Assembly: GCA_038245785.1 (NCBI GenBank)
Contig: JBBRSB010000001.1
Coordinates: forward strand, 288,001 to 352,000
Direction of reading: 5' to 3'
Length of the DNA: 64,000 nucleotides
Origin: Gloeobacterales cyanobacterium
Lineage (GTDB): Bacteria; Cyanobacteriota; Cyanobacteriia; Gloeobacterales; PMM-0068
The notes below the pieces were generated by a model. It made no database searches. It saw only the letters and a program-made list of their open reading frames with translations, and was not told where the DNA came from. Below are positions 61,565 to 64,000 of the stretch, piece by piece. Position numbers and translations under genes: made by a program. Within the stretch, counting starts at the first letter, position 1. Each line of letters begins with the position of its first letter.

Positions 61565-62113
61565 CTAACGCCGCAAAAGACTAGTCTTAGTCACCACAGA
61601 AGTAACTAGGGCTAACAGACGCTCTTCCAACTTAGGATCTGTCAATTTACCTTCAGAGTCGAACTGTTTCCACGCTTGGGGAATAGCTACTTGCTCTGTG
61701 ACCATCCAACCGTGCACCTGTCGAGTCACGATGCGCAGATCATTCAGCGCATTGGAGTTAGAAACTCCACCTAAAACACTGATTGCCCCAAAGATTTTGT
61801 CCCTCAGTTCATCAAAACTGAGTAGGTCTAAAGTGTTTTTGATTACGCCACTGTAGCTTCCGTGATACTCCGGGGTGCTAAGGAGAAAGGCATCGGCTTC
61901 TGTGGATTTTTTCTTCAAGAGTTCTACGGCCGGATAGTCAGGATATTCCTTAGCCCCCGTACACAAGGGGAGAATGTGCACTAATGGGTCAAAAAACTCT
62001 ACCGAGGCTCCTTGTTTCTCGGCCATGTCAAGTGCTAGCAGGAGGGCAGCGCGGCTAAAGGATTGAGGACGGAGACTACCGCAGAACCCTAAAATTTTAA
62101 TCGGAGTGGTCAT
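61565..62113 (-). CDS. NADPH-dependent FMN reductase
   Basis: GSLRPQS, TPEYHGSYSGVIKNTLD. Confidence 0.92.
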   Translation of the reverse strand: MTTPIKILGFCGSLRPQSFSRAALLLALDMAEKQGASVEFFDPLVHILPLCTGAKEYPDYPAVELLKKKSTEADAFLLSTPEYHGSYSGVIKNTLDLLSFDELRDKIFGAISVLGGVSNSNALNDLRIVTRQVHGWMVTEQVAIPQAWKQFDSEGKLTDPKLEERLLALVTSVVTKTSLLRR

Positions 62114-62191
62114 TAGAAATATCTTCTCTTTCTTGGCTAATTCAGGCCATTCTAAGCATTACACAAATACAGAACGAGGCTTTCAGGGGAT

Positions 62192-63637
62192 CTACTCTCC
62201 CTTCGATACGGTCGAAGTCAAATCATCCTGCTTGGCTGGATCGAGCAAGATACTGACTTTGATTTTTTCGAGGCGGGGACCATTCACTTCTAAGACAGCG
62301 AATTCGATGCCTTCGAATAGAAACTTCTCGCCTTCCTCAGGAATCTTCTGGAGGTGGTAGATCAAAAATCCACCCAAGGTTTGATACTCATCGGAAGTGG
62401 GTAGGTTGAGCTTTAATTGCTCGTTCACCTCTTCCAAATCGGCTTGGGCTTGGACCACAGAAGTAGTTTCATCCAGCGCCATAATCGTGGCAAGAACTTC
62501 TTCCCCTTCATCGGTGATGCTGCCGACAATCTCCTCCACCATGTCTTCAATGGTGAGCAGACCCGCCGTACCGCCAAATTCGTCGGCTACAATCACCATC
62601 GCTTGACGGTCTTTCTGCATCTCTGGCAACAACTCTTGGAGACGCTTAGATTCTGGAACAAACCGCACCGGACGGATAACTCCAAGGTCTGTTAAAGGCG
62701 CACTAAGGTCCAAGTTGGAGGTCGCCATTTTCGCAAGCACATCTTTGATGTGAATAAAGCCACGGACTTCATCGATTGATTCTTCATAGATCGGGTAGCG
62801 GGAATGCCCTGTAGCGGCTACTTCTGCCAACAAATCCTGAAAGGTACTGTCTATCTCGATCGAGTTGATGCGGGTACGAGGGACCATAACCTCGCTAGCC
62901 ACCACATCGCCGAATTCAAAGATATTGGAAAGCAATTCCCGCTCTCCTTCTTCCAAAGCTCCCGATTCTGAAGAAGCAGCAATCATCAACTGGAGTTCTT
63001 CTGACGATAGGCCAGTGTGGTGCATATTTGGGACAGGTTCTACCTTCAGCACTCTGAGGACAAGGTTGGAAGAAAAATTCAAGATCTTCATGAAGGGCGC
63101 GAACAGATAGTAGAAGACTTGATTGGGCTGCGCCACCGCCAGGGCTGTTTTTTCCGCATACTGAATCGCAATCGATTTTGGGGCCAACTCTCCCAAGACA
63201 ATATGCATATAGCTAATCAGGAAAAAAGCGAGGGCAATGGAGAGTACTTCTACACTTTTCTCACCAGAAGCGAAAGGCAGCTTCCCTAAAAATTCGCCAA
63301 GCCCCACCGTTTGAAAGAAGGGCCTCAGGACAGCAGAAATCGTGGGCTCTCCTACCCATCCCAAAGCCAGGGAAGCAAGAGTAATCCCGATTTGACTAGC
63401 CGACAGTGCTTTATCTATGTCTTTTTGTGCACGCTGTACTGCCTCAGCTGCCCGGTTTCCCTCTTCTACTAGCTGTTCAATCCGAGTACGACGCACCGCG
63501 ATGAGGGCAAACTCAGCCGCTACAAAAAAGCCATTCAGGAGTACCAGAAATAAAATTGCAAAAAGTCTAAAAGTAATCTCAGGCCACGACAGACTAGGCT
63601 CTACAGCTGCCGTAGCCAAGAATATAGGTATGTCCAT
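62192..63637 (-). CDS. Hemolysin-family CNNM/CBS/CorC transporter
   Basis: NGFFVAAEFA, QIGITLASL.LG, GELAPKS, VMVPR, DEFGGTAGL.T.ED, TLGG. Confidence 0.93.
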   Translation of the reverse strand: MDIPIFLATAAVEPSLSWPEITFRLFAILFLVLLNGFFVAAEFALIAVRRTRIEQLVEEGNRAAEAVQRAQKDIDKALSASQIGITLASLALGWVGEPTISAVLRPFFQTVGLGEFLGKLPFASGEKSVEVLSIALAFFLISYMHIVLGELAPKSIAIQYAEKTALAVAQPNQVFYYLFAPFMKILNFSSNLVLRVLKVEPVPNMHHTGLSSEELQLMIAASSESGALEEGERELLSNIFEFGDVVASEVMVPRTRINSIEIDSTFQDLLAEVAATGHSRYPIYEESIDEVRGFIHIKDVLAKMATSNLDLSAPLTDLGVIRPVRFVPESKRLQELLPEMQKDRQAMVIVADEFGGTAGLLTIEDMVEEIVGSITDEGEEVLATIMALDETTSVVQAQADLEEVNEQLKLNLPTSDEYQTLGGFLIYHLQKIPEEGEKFLFEGIEFAVLEVNGPRLEKIKVSILLDPAKQDDLTSTVSKGE

Positions 63638-63839
63638 AGATACCGGGGGAACAACGCTCCTTCAGGGAGTATGGGAATTCCATACTTATTTATTATCAGA
63701 TATTACCCATTCTTTCTGCTATTGATTGAACAAGTAAGGGGCAAATAACCACTTAAAATGCCCTATAAGCTCCACTGGAGCCTGTTTGAGGAAATTCTTT
63801 TTATTTGGATTCTGTAGAGAGCCATGACATGATTAAGGA

Positions 63840-64000
63840 ATGACCTCCTCGACTGCCACCACATCCACAATGCAGTGGGTCTCTGCGCTCTCCAGCTTAC
63901 CCTCGCTGTATCAGGCGCTGGATGCCTGTGTGTCTCAAATTCAGACTGAATTAGAGGGCCGTAGTGCTGATTTGGTGATCGCTTTCATCTCACCAGGCTT
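63840..64000 (+). CDS. FIST-domain protein (N-terminal part; runs off the window edge)
   Basis: ..MQWVSALSSLPSL..ALD.....ADLVIAFISP; alternative start at 63870. Confidence 0.65.
   Translation, partial: MTSSTATTSTMQWVSALSSLPSLYQALDACVSQIQTELEGRSADLVIAFISPG

Overview
This is a cyanobacterial chromosomal segment of roughly 50% GC (judged by eye). A PsaZ-like psaI and the scarcity of HIP1 sites suggest an early-branching, Gloeobacterales-like lineage; that placement is inference. Most of the window is housekeeping: purKE, ahcY, carA, murE, grxD, bamA-lpxC-fabZ-lpxA-lpxB, pepP, leuC, prmC, rnc and tyrA. Accessory material includes: (i) a secreted DUF11/Ig-like operon at the left edge whose large subunit looks built for head-to-tail donor-strand, possibly isopeptide-linked, polymerisation; (ii) a translationally coupled HipA-like kinase plus HipS/HIRAN pair; (iii) a DUF1778-GNAT toxin-antitoxin pair and an orphan vapB; (iv) a decayed ars operon and other deletion-scarred pseudogenes; (v) several families of REP/MITE-like palindromes, including a DUF559 remnant inside perfect 40-bp inverted repeats and a dispersed ~190-bp element with a covarying hairpin. 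No rRNA, tRNA or CRISPR array was seen. All family assignments come from motif recognition by eye, not database searches.
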